Origin: a virus
Lineage: Duplodnaviria; Caudoviricetes
Length of the DNA: 32,068 nt
Direction: 5' to 3' (one strand)
IMG/VR virus record: IMGVR_UViG_3300035135_001547
Span: 1 to 32,068 of that record
The notes beneath the pieces are model-generated. The model searched no databases. It was given only the letters and a program-made list of their open reading frames with translations, and was not told where the DNA came from. Shown piece by piece: positions 7,604 to 16,377 of the stretch; position 1 is the first letter of the stretch; each line of letters begins with the position of its first letter. The position numbers were made by a program, and so were the translations under genes.

Positions 7604-8004
7604 TAGGTTTGTTTAAAAACATCCATCATAACTTTTTCATATTCATACGCTTCTTGCTCCCAAGGAGAATCGAAGTAATTTGCTTTTATGTATGCGCCTT
7701 TCCACCTTGAAGGAGTCCAACCTTCGCCTGATACAAGTTCACCTTTTACATATTGTTTCACATGAACCATTTCATGGAAGAAGGTTGTTATCAAATCCTC
7801 TTTTGGTAATTCAGGATTTATATATACAGTAATCTGTTTATCTTCATAGTCTGCATACCCAGCTACATCATCATTAAAATCGCCATCCTCAAAGTCAATC
7901 TCAATCGTAGGATCAATTTCAAGAAATTCACCAGCAAATAATACCATTTTATCCATTAGTTTATTGCTGATGCTTTTTGGTTTACCATAAGTAACGTAGA
8001 ACAT
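7600..8004 (-). CDS. zincin-like HExxH metallopeptidase
   Basis: TFFHEMVHVKQY...PWEQEAY. Confidence 0.78.
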   Translation of the reverse strand: MFYVTYGKPKSISNKLMDKMVLFAGEFLEIDPTIEIDFEDGDFNDDVAGYADYEDKQITVYINPELPKEDLITTFFHEMVHVKQYVKGELVSGEGWTPSRWKGAYIKANYFDSPWEQEAYEYEKVMMDVFKQTY

Positions 8005-9344
8005 TATGCAACCTCATCCAAATCATTTATAAATTGTTGCTTTGGAGTTGTTGACTGCCAATAAGTTGCATCTTTCAACGCAAGGTCAATTTGCTTTTGC
8101 AACTCTTTAACCATTTCATCAGTTAAACTGATAATGTTAATACGAAGCAGCGGATCAATGTCACGATCCAAAGCAGAGGTTGTTTGCAATATCTGTTGAC
8201 CAACTTGATCTTTTTTCTGATTTTTGAATTTAATCTTATCGTCAAGTACGGCTTGAATAAATTCCATTTTAACTTTTAACCAACGAGCTTGTTCTAAAGC
8301 TTCGGCCAATCGCATTTCAATACGTTTTTGTAAAACAGTCATACGATAATCGCAAAAGTCTTTGATTAATAAACGCTCGTCTTTATAATCACGCAACTTG
8401 CCTTCGTGATTAATAACTGTTAAGTTTTCAGTTAAAGGTTTTGCAAGTTTAAACTTACGGATGATACGTTCGTCAGGCCATGCTGAACTTGTTTGTTGTT
8501 TGAGTTTGACCTCAAATCTAAAACCTGTTTTATCGCACAGATCCTCATAAGATACAATATCACCTTTATCTTCAAGATCGTCAAGGACCTTAACGTATGA
8601 CTCACGATCATACCCATACGGTACCTCAGTAATCTCAAGAACTGTTTTGCTCTTCTTTTCAAAACAACCCATAACAATGAATTTATCTTCTTCGGCGTTA
8701 TAGTTTACCGTACCTTTAAAGTCTGGAAACGTCACTGAGAGCCTGCTGGCTATATTACCACTCGACACATATTCACGACAGGCACTAGAAAGTGCGGTAG
8801 CTGATCGTGGAAGGATGTTTGTAGCAAAACCTGTGGCAATACCTTTAGTTCCATTTGTTAAAACCAAAGGAATGACAGGAAGATAGAAAGCAGGTGGCTC
8901 GTGTTCAGGATCCTCGTGTGTAGGAGATAGTTCAAGGTCCTTAATATATTTACTAAAGTTTTCGTGAACTCGAGTATATACATAACGCGGCGCACCTGCT
9001 TCCTGTACAAGACGGGTTCCAAAAGAACCTCGCCCTTCCACCAAACATACGTTATTGTTCCACTCAGCTGCCATCAGTTGTCCTGCGCCGGCTGCTGATT
9101 GTTCTCCATGGTTATAACCGTAGTCTGATATGATACCTGCAATTGCTGATACCTTTTTAAAATCCTTCTTTGAATTAAGCAAAGAGGAATAAAGGTAAAA
9201 ACGCTGAACAGGCTTTAGTCCGTCAATCATATTTGGAATTGCACGTGACTCAACCGTATACATTGCGAATGCTTTCCATTCGTTTGCTGCAACGGCTGAT
9301 ATTGGATACTCTCGAGTATCCGCTGTAAATTCAAGTACACTCAT
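8004..9344 (-). CDS. gp52: DNA topoisomerase II medium subunit (T4 gp52, GyrA/ParC-like)
   Basis: RAIPNMIDGLKPVQR, YNHGE, GAPRY (catalytic Tyr), NGTKGIATGFAT. Confidence 0.95.
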   Translation of the reverse strand: MSVLEFTADTREYPISAVAANEWKAFAMYTVESRAIPNMIDGLKPVQRFYLYSSLLNSKKDFKKVSAIAGIISDYGYNHGEQSAAGAGQLMAAEWNNNVCLVEGRGSFGTRLVQEAGAPRYVYTRVHENFSKYIKDLELSPTHEDPEHEPPAFYLPVIPLVLTNGTKGIATGFATNILPRSATALSSACREYVSSGNIASRLSVTFPDFKGTVNYNAEEDKFIVMGCFEKKSKTVLEITEVPYGYDRESYVKVLDDLEDKGDIVSYEDLCDKTGFRFEVKLKQQTSSAWPDERIIRKFKLAKPLTENLTVINHEGKLRDYKDERLLIKDFCDYRMTVLQKRIEMRLAEALEQARWLKVKMEFIQAVLDDKIKFKNQKKDQVGQQILQTTSALDRDIDPLLRINIISLTDEMVKELQKQIDLALKDATYWQSTTPKQQFINDLDEVA

Positions 9345-9472
9345 TTAAAATATGTCCCATCTGTATAGTGTGTTCCACTGTTTGATATTGCCCACATAAA
9401 GCAATTGTATCTGCCGTATTCGTTTTTTCTCAATTTTCTATACCACCAAATAAAATTTATGATTCTATCCAT
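9341..9472 (-). CDS. small hypothetical protein (43 aa)
   Basis: MDRIINFIWWYRKLRKNEYGRYNCFMWAISNSGTHYTDGTYFK; stop overlaps the gp52 ATG, but the start overlaps a -10 box. Confidence 0.4.
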   Translation of the reverse strand: MDRIINFIWWYRKLRKNEYGRYNCFMWAISNSGTHYTDGTYFK

Positions 9473-9499
9473 ACTAACACATTATCCTAAGAATGTCAA
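9471..9499 (-). promoter_or_regulatory. sigma70-type promoter upstream of gp52
   Basis: TTGACA-TTCTTAGGATAATGTGT(17)-TAGTAT; GAATC near +1. Confidence 0.75.
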
Positions 9500-9648
9500 C
9501 CAACTTCCATTGCTCGCCATCGGCAATACATCATCCACAGCTCATAAAGAGAATAAGATACAAACGGTCCAATGAACGGCCACCAAAAAGTAAAGTACAT
9601 TACCTGAGCCCAAACAACCGCCCATATTATATCATACCATTTTATCAT
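9496..9648 (-). CDS. small aromatic-rich membrane protein (50 aa)
   Basis: MIKWYDIIWAVVWAQVMYFTFWWPFIGPFVSYSLYELWMMYCRWRAMEVG; ATGA overlap with the gp39+60 stop; stop lies inside a -35 box. Confidence 0.6.
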   Translation of the reverse strand: MIKWYDIIWAVVWAQVMYFTFWWPFIGPFVSYSLYELWMMYCRWRAMEVG

Positions 9649-11474
9649 GCGAACATATACTCTTTACGTAATTGGCTATCTTTACCGAACATCATTTGAA
9701 ATACTGATACGTCGTCAAGAGTAACTGTATCATATTGTGGTTCGTTAATAATCTTATGATACTCATCTTCGGTAAGGCTTCCTAAACCTTTGATGTAACG
9801 ATGTTTCCAATTAGGATTTGATTGCTTGTGTTCATTTGCGGATTTGTAATCATAGAACCAAGTAACCTGATCTCGGAATGTTGAGATCATCATAGGTGTA
9901 CGAGTAATCTTAACTCGTTTTTCTTTTAGCAACCGTGGCCAAAATTTGTAAAAGAACGCAATCAACAATGGACTGATATGACCAATCCCGTCGTGGTCGG
10001 CATCAGTTAAGGTTGCAATATATTCATATGACATATTGTCAACTGAGTTGGGATTGTTAATATCCAAACCAAGGACAGCAACAAGTTCAGAAAGCTCTTT
10101 GTTTTTGAGAACATCAGCAGGTTTCATATCCCAAGTATTCATAATGACACCACGAAGCGGATAAGCACCAACTTTATCAGGATCTCGAACTTTTAACAAA
10201 AATCCCATAGCTGAGTCACCCTCAACAATCTTAAGTGTTGCGTTTGGTTTGTTAGCAGCAATATGTTTTGCTACTTTAACCTTACGAAGGTTCTTTTGTG
10301 CAATAGTTGCTGCACGTCTATCCGCGGCAATCTTTTTTGCCAATTGAGCCTCAATGATTGGATCAATCAAAGATGGAGTATTCATAATCTTCTTTGCGAT
10401 CCAATTTGCATCTTTAACTTCACATTGACTATAATGTTCTTTAATATTGCCCAATGGATTTGTTAATTGTTCTTTGGTTTGAGAATTAAACTTTGGGTTC
10501 ATAAAGTTACGAGCAAACATAACCAAAGTTAACCCATTTTTAATTGTGATACGACCAACTTCAATTTTGTGACGGCGTTTAATCATTACTCCAAGTTCAT
10601 CAATGATACCATTAATAAGGAAGTCAACATATGTACCACCTTGTCTTGTATTCACACCATTAATGAAACTGTTTGAACGGAATCCGTCTTCAGATCCACA
10701 GACAAAAAACGAAAGGTCTGCGGTCTTTTCAACAATAACTTCGCCGTCATCGTGCACAAACATTTCAGCGTATTTCTTAAAATTGTTTACTTTAATACGT
10801 TTTCTGTTAAAGGAAAAAGCAATTTCAGGAAATGCCATTTGTAAACTGATAAGACGATCTTCAAGTAAGGCAATAGTGTCAAGAGCATCAAGACTATCAA
10901 CTTCAAATAAACTAAAGTCAGGAATAAACCAAACCTCTGTACCGTTGCCTTCTTTTTTGCTATAAGCTTCTTTAATTTCTTCTGCGCCATTTTTACAAGT
11001 GACAGTAATTTGGTCGCCGTTGCTCCACGAACGTCCTGTAAATTTTGAAGACAAGAAGTTTGTTGCGGCTGAACCTACGCCGTTAGTACCAATCGTAACA
11101 CGTTCGTCGTCAAAGCTTGTACCTGCGTTAACTCTTGTCCAAGCAGCCGTTGCACGGTTAATGTTTGTTTGGGTTGTTTCGTCAAATACTTTTTCTTGTG
11201 GTATACCGCGACCATTATCAGTAACAGTCACCTTATTATTTTCCACGGATACGTTAATACGATTAGCATACTTAAAATTTGTACGGATTGCTTCATCAAT
11301 CGCATTGTCAAGTATTTCATCAATCATTTTTGACAATGCAGGAACATACTTGGCTGTTTTCCATTCTCCAAGAACAAAACGCTCAATGTCTTCTTGTGCG
11401 CTTGATCCCATATACATACCAATACGTTCTCTGACGTGTTGGCGAGCAGTCAAGATTTTAAATTGTTCTGTCAT
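9645..11474 (-). CDS. gp39: DNA topoisomerase II large subunit (fused T4 gp39+gp60, GyrB/ParE-like)
   Basis: EILDNAIDE, DNGRGIP, GTNGVG, VEGDSA, PLRG, TDADHDG, RYIKGLGS. Confidence 0.96.
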   Translation of the reverse strand: MTEQFKILTARQHVRERIGMYMGSSAQEDIERFVLGEWKTAKYVPALSKMIDEILDNAIDEAIRTNFKYANRINVSVENNKVTVTDNGRGIPQEKVFDETTQTNINRATAAWTRVNAGTSFDDERVTIGTNGVGSAATNFLSSKFTGRSWSNGDQITVTCKNGAEEIKEAYSKKEGNGTEVWFIPDFSLFEVDSLDALDTIALLEDRLISLQMAFPEIAFSFNRKRIKVNNFKKYAEMFVHDDGEVIVEKTADLSFFVCGSEDGFRSNSFINGVNTRQGGTYVDFLINGIIDELGVMIKRRHKIEVGRITIKNGLTLVMFARNFMNPKFNSQTKEQLTNPLGNIKEHYSQCEVKDANWIAKKIMNTPSLIDPIIEAQLAKKIAADRRAATIAQKNLRKVKVAKHIAANKPNATLKIVEGDSAMGFLLKVRDPDKVGAYPLRGVIMNTWDMKPADVLKNKELSELVAVLGLDINNPNSVDNMSYEYIATLTDADHDGIGHISPLLIAFFYKFWPRLLKEKRVKITRTPMMISTFRDQVTWFYDYKSANEHKQSNPNWKHRYIKGLGSLTEDEYHKIINEPQYDTVTLDDVSVFQMMFGKDSQLRKEYMFA

Positions 11475-11575
11475 ATTTACTCCATATTATATATAGCCAA
11501 GCCAATGGGTGCAATCGTCGTGTGGGTCGTCGTTTCCCAATATACATCCCTTCGCTGTTTTCGTGTCTTATTTAT

Positions 11576-11583
11576 TATAAATA
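11576..11583 (+). promoter_or_regulatory. T4-type late promoter
   Basis: Exact TATAAATA upstream of structural gene gp3. Confidence 0.75.
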
Positions 11584-11586
11584 ACC

Positions 11587-11615
11587 ATACTAACTGATTC
11601 CAATGCAAATGTCAA
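11587..11615 (-). promoter_or_regulatory. sigma70-type early promoter with GAATCAG element (topoisomerase operon)
   Basis: TTGACA-TTTGCATTGGAATCAGT(17)-TAGTAT. Confidence 0.85.
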
Positions 11616-11630
11616 CAGGAAAAATTTTTA

Positions 11631-12116
11631 ATGATTACAAATTATTTAGATCCTACCAATTTTAAGGTTACGGTTGAACGACTACCAAACGTCGAGTTCT
11701 TTACTCGTCGAGCAATCATTCCATCGGTTACAATGACACCAGTTGAGCGTTTAACTCCAATGAAACGATTGTACGAAATTCCTGATCGCCTTGATTATGC
11801 AGAACTTGACTTGAGTTTCATTATAGATGAACAGATGAATAATTATATAGAAGTATTAAATTGGATGGAATCTTTAGGAAGAACAGAAGAATATGGTCAG
11901 TTCGCAAATCTTGTAAAGTCTGACGATGGTGTCGTATCAGACATTACGATTATTCTTGAAAATAGTTCTAAGAATCCTAATATCAAATTTAACTTTCGAG
12001 ACTGCTTTCCAACTATCTTATCACCAGTAAGTGTTGACGTTACTCAACAAGATATTGTATACCCAGAAGCAACCTTAACTCTCAGACATAACGGCTTTAG
12101 CGTCGAAAAGATTTAA
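11631..12116 (+). CDS. gp3: tail completion and sheath stabilizer (T4 gp3-like)
   Basis: NYL.PTNF...LPNVEFF...IP, L.LSFIIDEQMNNY.E..NWM; conserved synteny gp3-uvsY-uvsW-gp55. Confidence 0.82.
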   Translation: MITNYLDPTNFKVTVERLPNVEFFTRRAIIPSVTMTPVERLTPMKRLYEIPDRLDYAELDLSFIIDEQMNNYIEVLNWMESLGRTEEYGQFANLVKSDDGVVSDITIILENSSKNPNIKFNFRDCFPTILSPVSVDVTQQDIVYPEATLTLRHNGFSVEKI

Positions 12117-12145
12117 TTGACATTTCTTTGATTCTGTGATAGAAT
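12117..12145 (+). promoter_or_regulatory. sigma70-type promoter for uvsY-uvsW, with two GANTC sites
   Basis: TTGACA-TTTCTTTGATTCTGTGA(17)-TAGAAT(C). Confidence 0.8.
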
Positions 12146-12170
12146 CATTGAGAATGGTAAAGTGAGGTAT

Positions 12171-12611
12171 ATGATGAGCACAGATGATATAAGTAATCTT
12201 TGGTCAGTTGACTGTAAGATTGATGAGACAAATCTTGCTGGTGAATCAAAACGAATTCCTGAATTGCATAATAAGTATTACACGCTATATTATAAGGAAG
12301 CGTTAAAAGTTAAAAAACTTAAAGCCGACTACAAAGAACTTGAATTAGCAAAGACTGAATGGTTTGATGGGTCAATGGCAGAAGAAGATCTTAGAGATCG
12401 TGGTTGGAAACCTTATCAGAAAAAAATCTTGCGCAACGATATGAATAAATATCTACAATCGGATAAAGATATTATTGCACTAAGTCTAAAGATTGATTTT
12501 CACTCAGAACGTGCGAATTATCTTGAAGATATTATCAAGACTATTCATAGCAGAAACTTTATTATCAAAAATATGATTGATATTATGAAGTTCCAGGCGG
12601 GAGAATACTAA
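12171..12611 (+). CDS. uvsY: recombination mediator UvsY
   Basis: W..DCKIDETNL..ES.RIPELHNKY...YLEDIIKTIHSRNF.IKNMID..KFQAG. Confidence 0.9.
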   Translation: MMSTDDISNLWSVDCKIDETNLAGESKRIPELHNKYYTLYYKEALKVKKLKADYKELELAKTEWFDGSMAEEDLRDRGWKPYQKKILRNDMNKYLQSDKDIIALSLKIDFHSERANYLEDIIKTIHSRNFIIKNMIDIMKFQAGEY

Positions 12612-12880
12612 TGACAGAAATTAAGCAATCTATATTGGCTTCTTTAAATGGTCATCCAGGTGTTTATCCAAATTCTGAGCATATCAAACCACCAATGGAA
12701 AAAGAACGTATTCGCGTAGTTGAGCAAGCTACTCGAACTGAAGTTAAATTAAGGCAGCAAAAAGAAATTGAAGAGCGAATGGAAGAAATCCAAATGCTTA
12801 GAGATCAAGCTAAAGCAAGATATGGAATTGATATTGTGGTAGCCCACACTGAAGGCGAATTTATAGATATTGAAGTATAG
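12611..12880 (+). CDS. hypothetical protein
   Basis: 89-aa ORF, TAATG-coupled to uvsY. Confidence 0.7.
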   Translation: MTEIKQSILASLNGHPGVYPNSEHIKPPMEKERIRVVEQATRTEVKLRQQKEIEERMEEIQMLRDQAKARYGIDIVVAHTEGEFIDIEV

Positions 12881-12886
12881 GAATAT

Positions 12887-14380
12887 ATGACTGAAATTGT
12901 TAATGTAGAACCAATTAATGCGGTTCATATGAAAGTTACTGCTGACCCATCCACTCGACAGGAGATAATGAATTACTTCTCGTTTAGACCCGAGGGGTAT
13001 CAGTTTGTTCCGTCATATAAGAACCGTGTATGGGATGGATACATTCGTTTGTATCAACCAATGCGTCCTACATTATACGTTGGATTGTTGTCTTATCTTG
13101 AAAAGTTTTGTAATGACCGCGAATATGAATTAAGAGTTGATGGATCTTTATATAAAAAAGAAACCGTGCCTGACGATTACGGCTTTGAAATAGCCAAAGA
13201 AATTAATTGTAAGTTTACCCCTCGAGATTATCAGAACGAATACATTGTTAACGCAATTCGTGAGAATAGATCTTTATCAGTATCACCAACATCGTCTGGT
13301 AAGTCTCTTATCATATATCTATTGCAGCAGCATTATCATCAGGCATATGGACATCGTACTCTAATCATTGTTCCTACAATTTCTTTGGTATATCAGATGG
13401 CTGGTGATTTTGTTGATTACGGTTGCAATTCAGAAGACATTTATACAATTAAAGGTGGAGTCGATAAACACACTGATGCACCTATTGTTATATCAACATG
13501 GCAATCATTAATTAAATTACCTAAACCTTGGTTTGACCAATTTCGAGTTGTTCTTGGAGACGAAGCTCATTTGTTTCAAGCCAAATCATTAACAAAGATT
13601 ATGGAAAAATTAACTGATTGTCATTATAGACATGGTTTCACAGGTACTCTTAAATCATCAGAAAGTAAAACACATAGGCTTGTTCTTGAAGGTTGTTTTG
13701 GTCAAGTTAAAAAGTATGTAAGTACAAAAGATCTTATGGATCAAGGTACCGTTGCTGATTTTAACGTAAAAGCTATTGTGTTGAATTATTCAACGGACAT
13801 TAAGAAAGAGTTTAGAAAAGCATTAAAAGGTGTTGCTGATACGTCAAGAAAGTATCCTGCTGAACGCGAATTCATTATTAATAATCACAAACGTAATATG
13901 TTCATACGAAACTTATTGTGGTCGCTTAAAGATCAAAACAATTTGGTTCTATTTGATTTGGTTGAAAAACACGGCAAAGTATTAGAACCTCTCCTACGGA
14001 GGGATGATCGTCAATTACATTTTATATATGGTGGGACAAAAGGTACTGAGCGTGAAGCAGTTCGTAATCTTGTTGAAAATGATCCTATCAAACAACATGA
14101 CATTCTTGCATCTTATGGCGTATTCTCGACTGGTGTTAATTTGAAAAAATTAGACAATGTAATCTTTGCCTCAGGTTCTAAATCTGAAATTAAAGTATTA
14201 CAATCAATTGGTCGTGCTTTAAGAAAAGGTAACGATGCAGACAAAGCAACACTTTATGATATTACTGATGATTTGTCCGCGGGATCTTTTGAGAACTATA
14301 CGTTGAAACATTTTCGTAAACGGATTGAAATCTATGGATCAGAACAATTTTCATATAAAATTTATACTGTTAATATCTAG
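12887..14380 (+). CDS. uvsW: RNA-DNA/DNA-DNA SF2 helicase UvsW
   Basis: WDGYIRL, PRDYQ, SPTSSGKS, GDEAH, GFTGT, LQSIGRALR. Confidence 0.95.
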   Translation: MTEIVNVEPINAVHMKVTADPSTRQEIMNYFSFRPEGYQFVPSYKNRVWDGYIRLYQPMRPTLYVGLLSYLEKFCNDREYELRVDGSLYKKETVPDDYGFEIAKEINCKFTPRDYQNEYIVNAIRENRSLSVSPTSSGKSLIIYLLQQHYHQAYGHRTLIIVPTISLVYQMAGDFVDYGCNSEDIYTIKGGVDKHTDAPIVISTWQSLIKLPKPWFDQFRVVLGDEAHLFQAKSLTKIMEKLTDCHYRHGFTGTLKSSESKTHRLVLEGCFGQVKKYVSTKDLMDQGTVADFNVKAIVLNYSTDIKKEFRKALKGVADTSRKYPAEREFIINNHKRNMFIRNLLWSLKDQNNLVLFDLVEKHGKVLEPLLRRDDRQLHFIYGGTKGTEREAVRNLVENDPIKQHDILASYGVFSTGVNLKKLDNVIFASGSKSEIKVLQSIGRALRKGNDADKATLYDITDDLSAGSFENYTLKHFRKRIEIYGSEQFSYKIYTVNI

Positions 14381-14412
14381 ATACTACCATCTGCCTTTAG
14401 TGGATAAATCCA

Positions 14413-14440
14413 ATTATATCTACAATTCTCAGAATGTCAA
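14413..14440 (-). promoter_or_regulatory. consensus sigma70 promoter pointing antisense into uvsW
   Basis: TTGACA-N16-TATAAT on the minus strand. Confidence 0.55.
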
Positions 14441-14474
14441 TAGGCAATTTCATATTTGTTGAAAAAAAATTAGT

Positions 14475-14503
14475 TTGACATTTGAAGTAGTATGTAATAA
14501 TAT
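14475..14503 (+). promoter_or_regulatory. sigma70-type promoter for gp55
   Basis: TTGACA-N17-TAATAT followed by AGGAGG RBS. Confidence 0.8.
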
Positions 14504-14525
14504 GGTAGAAAAATAGGAGGACATT

Positions 14526-15035
14526 GTGGCTACCAAACCAAGAAAAAAGAATTATGTTAATAACAGAGACCTCCTTGACGCACTTATTGTGTACAAAGAA
14601 AAGATAAGGGAAGCAGAAGATTCCGGTGACGAGATCCCACGAGTTCCTGATTATATTGGAAAGTGTATATATCAAATTGCGACAAGGTTGGCAACAAAAC
14701 CAAACTTTAGCGGTTACTCATATAAAGAAGATATGATATCTGATGGTATTGAAAATTGCCTTCAGTATATCAATAACTTTGATCCTGAGAAATCTCAAAA
14801 CCCATTTGCTTACTTTACTCAAATTATTTGGTATGCTTTCTTACGGCGTATTCAAAAAGAAAAGAAACAAATGTATATTCGCTTTAAATCGTCTCAGAAT
14901 ATGGTTGCCGCTGGTGATACATATGCAGGTGGAGATGAAGTTGTTTTGAACCTAAATACTAATGCAGATTATATGAATTCATTTATTCAAGATTTTGAAG
15001 ATAAGTTAAATAAGGACAAAGAAAAGAAAAAGTGA
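14526..15035 (+). CDS. gp55: late transcription sigma factor gp55
   Basis: NYVNN, YIGKC, KPNFSGYSYKEDMISDGIENC, NPFAYFTQI..YAFLRRIQKEKKQ; GTG start. Confidence 0.95.
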   Translation: MATKPRKKNYVNNRDLLDALIVYKEKIREAEDSGDEIPRVPDYIGKCIYQIATRLATKPNFSGYSYKEDMISDGIENCLQYINNFDPEKSQNPFAYFTQIIWYAFLRRIQKEKKQMYIRFKSSQNMVAAGDTYAGGDEVVLNLNTNADYMNSFIQDFEDKLNKDKEKKK

Positions 15036-15304
15036 AGTACATTAAAAGGGTTACAATTGCGTTTAGTATATTGTTAAACACAACCTTTGGTGGTGCAAAT
15101 AATCAAACATTAAGCGCAAGAAATTGGGAACGTAAAAGACAAGGTAAAGTAAATTTCGTTTGGTTTATAGATCGTTTCTTTTGGTGGCAAAAAGATCATT
15201 GTCAAGACAGTTGGGTCAAGTGGATGATTATTAACGAAGCAATAAGACAATATGATGTTAAATTTGGATTTGATCCGCGTGCAAGAAAACATTGGTATGA
15301 ATAG
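15032..15304 (+). CDS. hypothetical phage protein
   Basis: 90-aa ORF, GTGA-coupled to gp55; N..FGG..NQTLSAR...DHC pattern. Confidence 0.7.
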   Translation: MKYIKRVTIAFSILLNTTFGGANNQTLSARNWERKRQGKVNFVWFIDRFFWWQKDHCQDSWVKWMIINEAIRQYDVKFGFDPRARKHWYE

Positions 15305-15312
15305 GAGAAACA

Positions 15313-16377
15313 ATGAAAATAGCTATCATTACTGATATGCATATCGGAGTCCGTGGCGACTCAAAAGTATTTTTAGATCATCAAGAAAAGTTCTTTAACG
15401 AGGTATTCTTTCCTTATTTAGATGAACATAATATCAAGATCGTTCTCGACCTTGGTGATACTTTTGACCGCCGTAAGTTTATTAATTATGTGACTCTTGA
15501 TCGTGGTAAGAAATTCTTCTTTGACCAATTAGCAAAACGAAACATTGAGTACCATGCGATTGTTGGTAATCACTCCGTTTATTATACAAACACAAATGAA
15601 ATTAACTCAATGGAATTGTTGCTTCAAGAATATAATAACTTTCATATTTACCAAGGTGAGCCAAAAGAATTGACATTTGGGTCAACCAATATTATAATGG
15701 TACCGTGGATAACAAAGACAAACTCTGACGTTGCAATGAAAGCAATTTCAGAATCAAAAGCTCATATATGTATGGGTCACTTTGCTATTCAAGGATTTGA
15801 AATGATGAAAGGATCAATTAACGATCACGGATTAACTCGAGATATATTTGGTCATTATGAACAAGTATACTCAGGACATTTCCATCATCCATCTGAATAT
15901 GGGAATATTAGTTATCTTGGCGCACCTTACGAAATGACTTGGTCAGATTATCAAGGTAAACGCGGTTTCCGTATTCTTGATACTGAAACACGTGAATTAG
16001 AATGGATACTCAATCCTTTTCAAATCTATCACAAGATAGACTACGACGATACTGATATGACAATTGAAGATATTGCAAATCTTAATACTGATAATATCAA
16101 AGACGCGTTTATTAAAGTAATTGTTAAGACTCGGTCAAATCCATACATATATGATTTGTTCCTAAATAGATTAACAGATTCAGGAGCAGCTGATGTAAAG
16201 TCAATTGAAGACTCTTTAAATTTAGAAGAAGCAGGTGTTGATGAAATTCTTGATGAAACAAAGGATACAAAAGATATTCTTCATACCTATATTGAATCGC
16301 TTGATACTAAAGTTGATAAATCACATATCAAGTTACTTATTGATGAATTATATATTGAGGCACAGCAAATAGCATGA
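15313..16377 (+). CDS. gp47: recombination endonuclease subunit gp47 (Mre11/SbcD-like)
   Basis: ITDMHIG, LGDTFDRR, VGNH, MGHF, SGHFH. Confidence 0.95.
   Translation: MKIAIITDMHIGVRGDSKVFLDHQEKFFNEVFFPYLDEHNIKIVLDLGDTFDRRKFINYVTLDRGKKFFFDQLAKRNIEYHAIVGNHSVYYTNTNEINSMELLLQEYNNFHIYQGEPKELTFGSTNIIMVPWITKTNSDVAMKAISESKAHICMGHFAIQGFEMMKGSINDHGLTRDIFGHYEQVYSGHFHHPSEYGNISYLGAPYEMTWSDYQGKRGFRILDTETRELEWILNPFQIYHKIDYDDTDMTIEDIANLNTDNIKDAFIKVIVKTRSNPYIYDLFLNRLTDSGAADVKSIEDSLNLEEAGVDEILDETKDTKDILHTYIESLDTKVDKSHIKLLIDELYIEAQQIA

Noticed and set aside
9645-11474. T4 gene 60-style translational bypass or split topoisomerase
   Set aside because: gp39 and gp60 regions form one continuous 609-aa frame.
10263-11496. 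Long plus-strand ORFs antisense to topoisomerase (and similar shadows over gp46, gp43 and pstS)
   Set aside because: Shadow frames from codon bias of the real genes; no RBS or recognisable motifs.
14385-14394. 11-mer CTACCATCTGC shared with the tRNA-like element at ~2679
   Set aside because: Many 11-mer matches are expected by chance in 32 kb, and there is no extended similarity.
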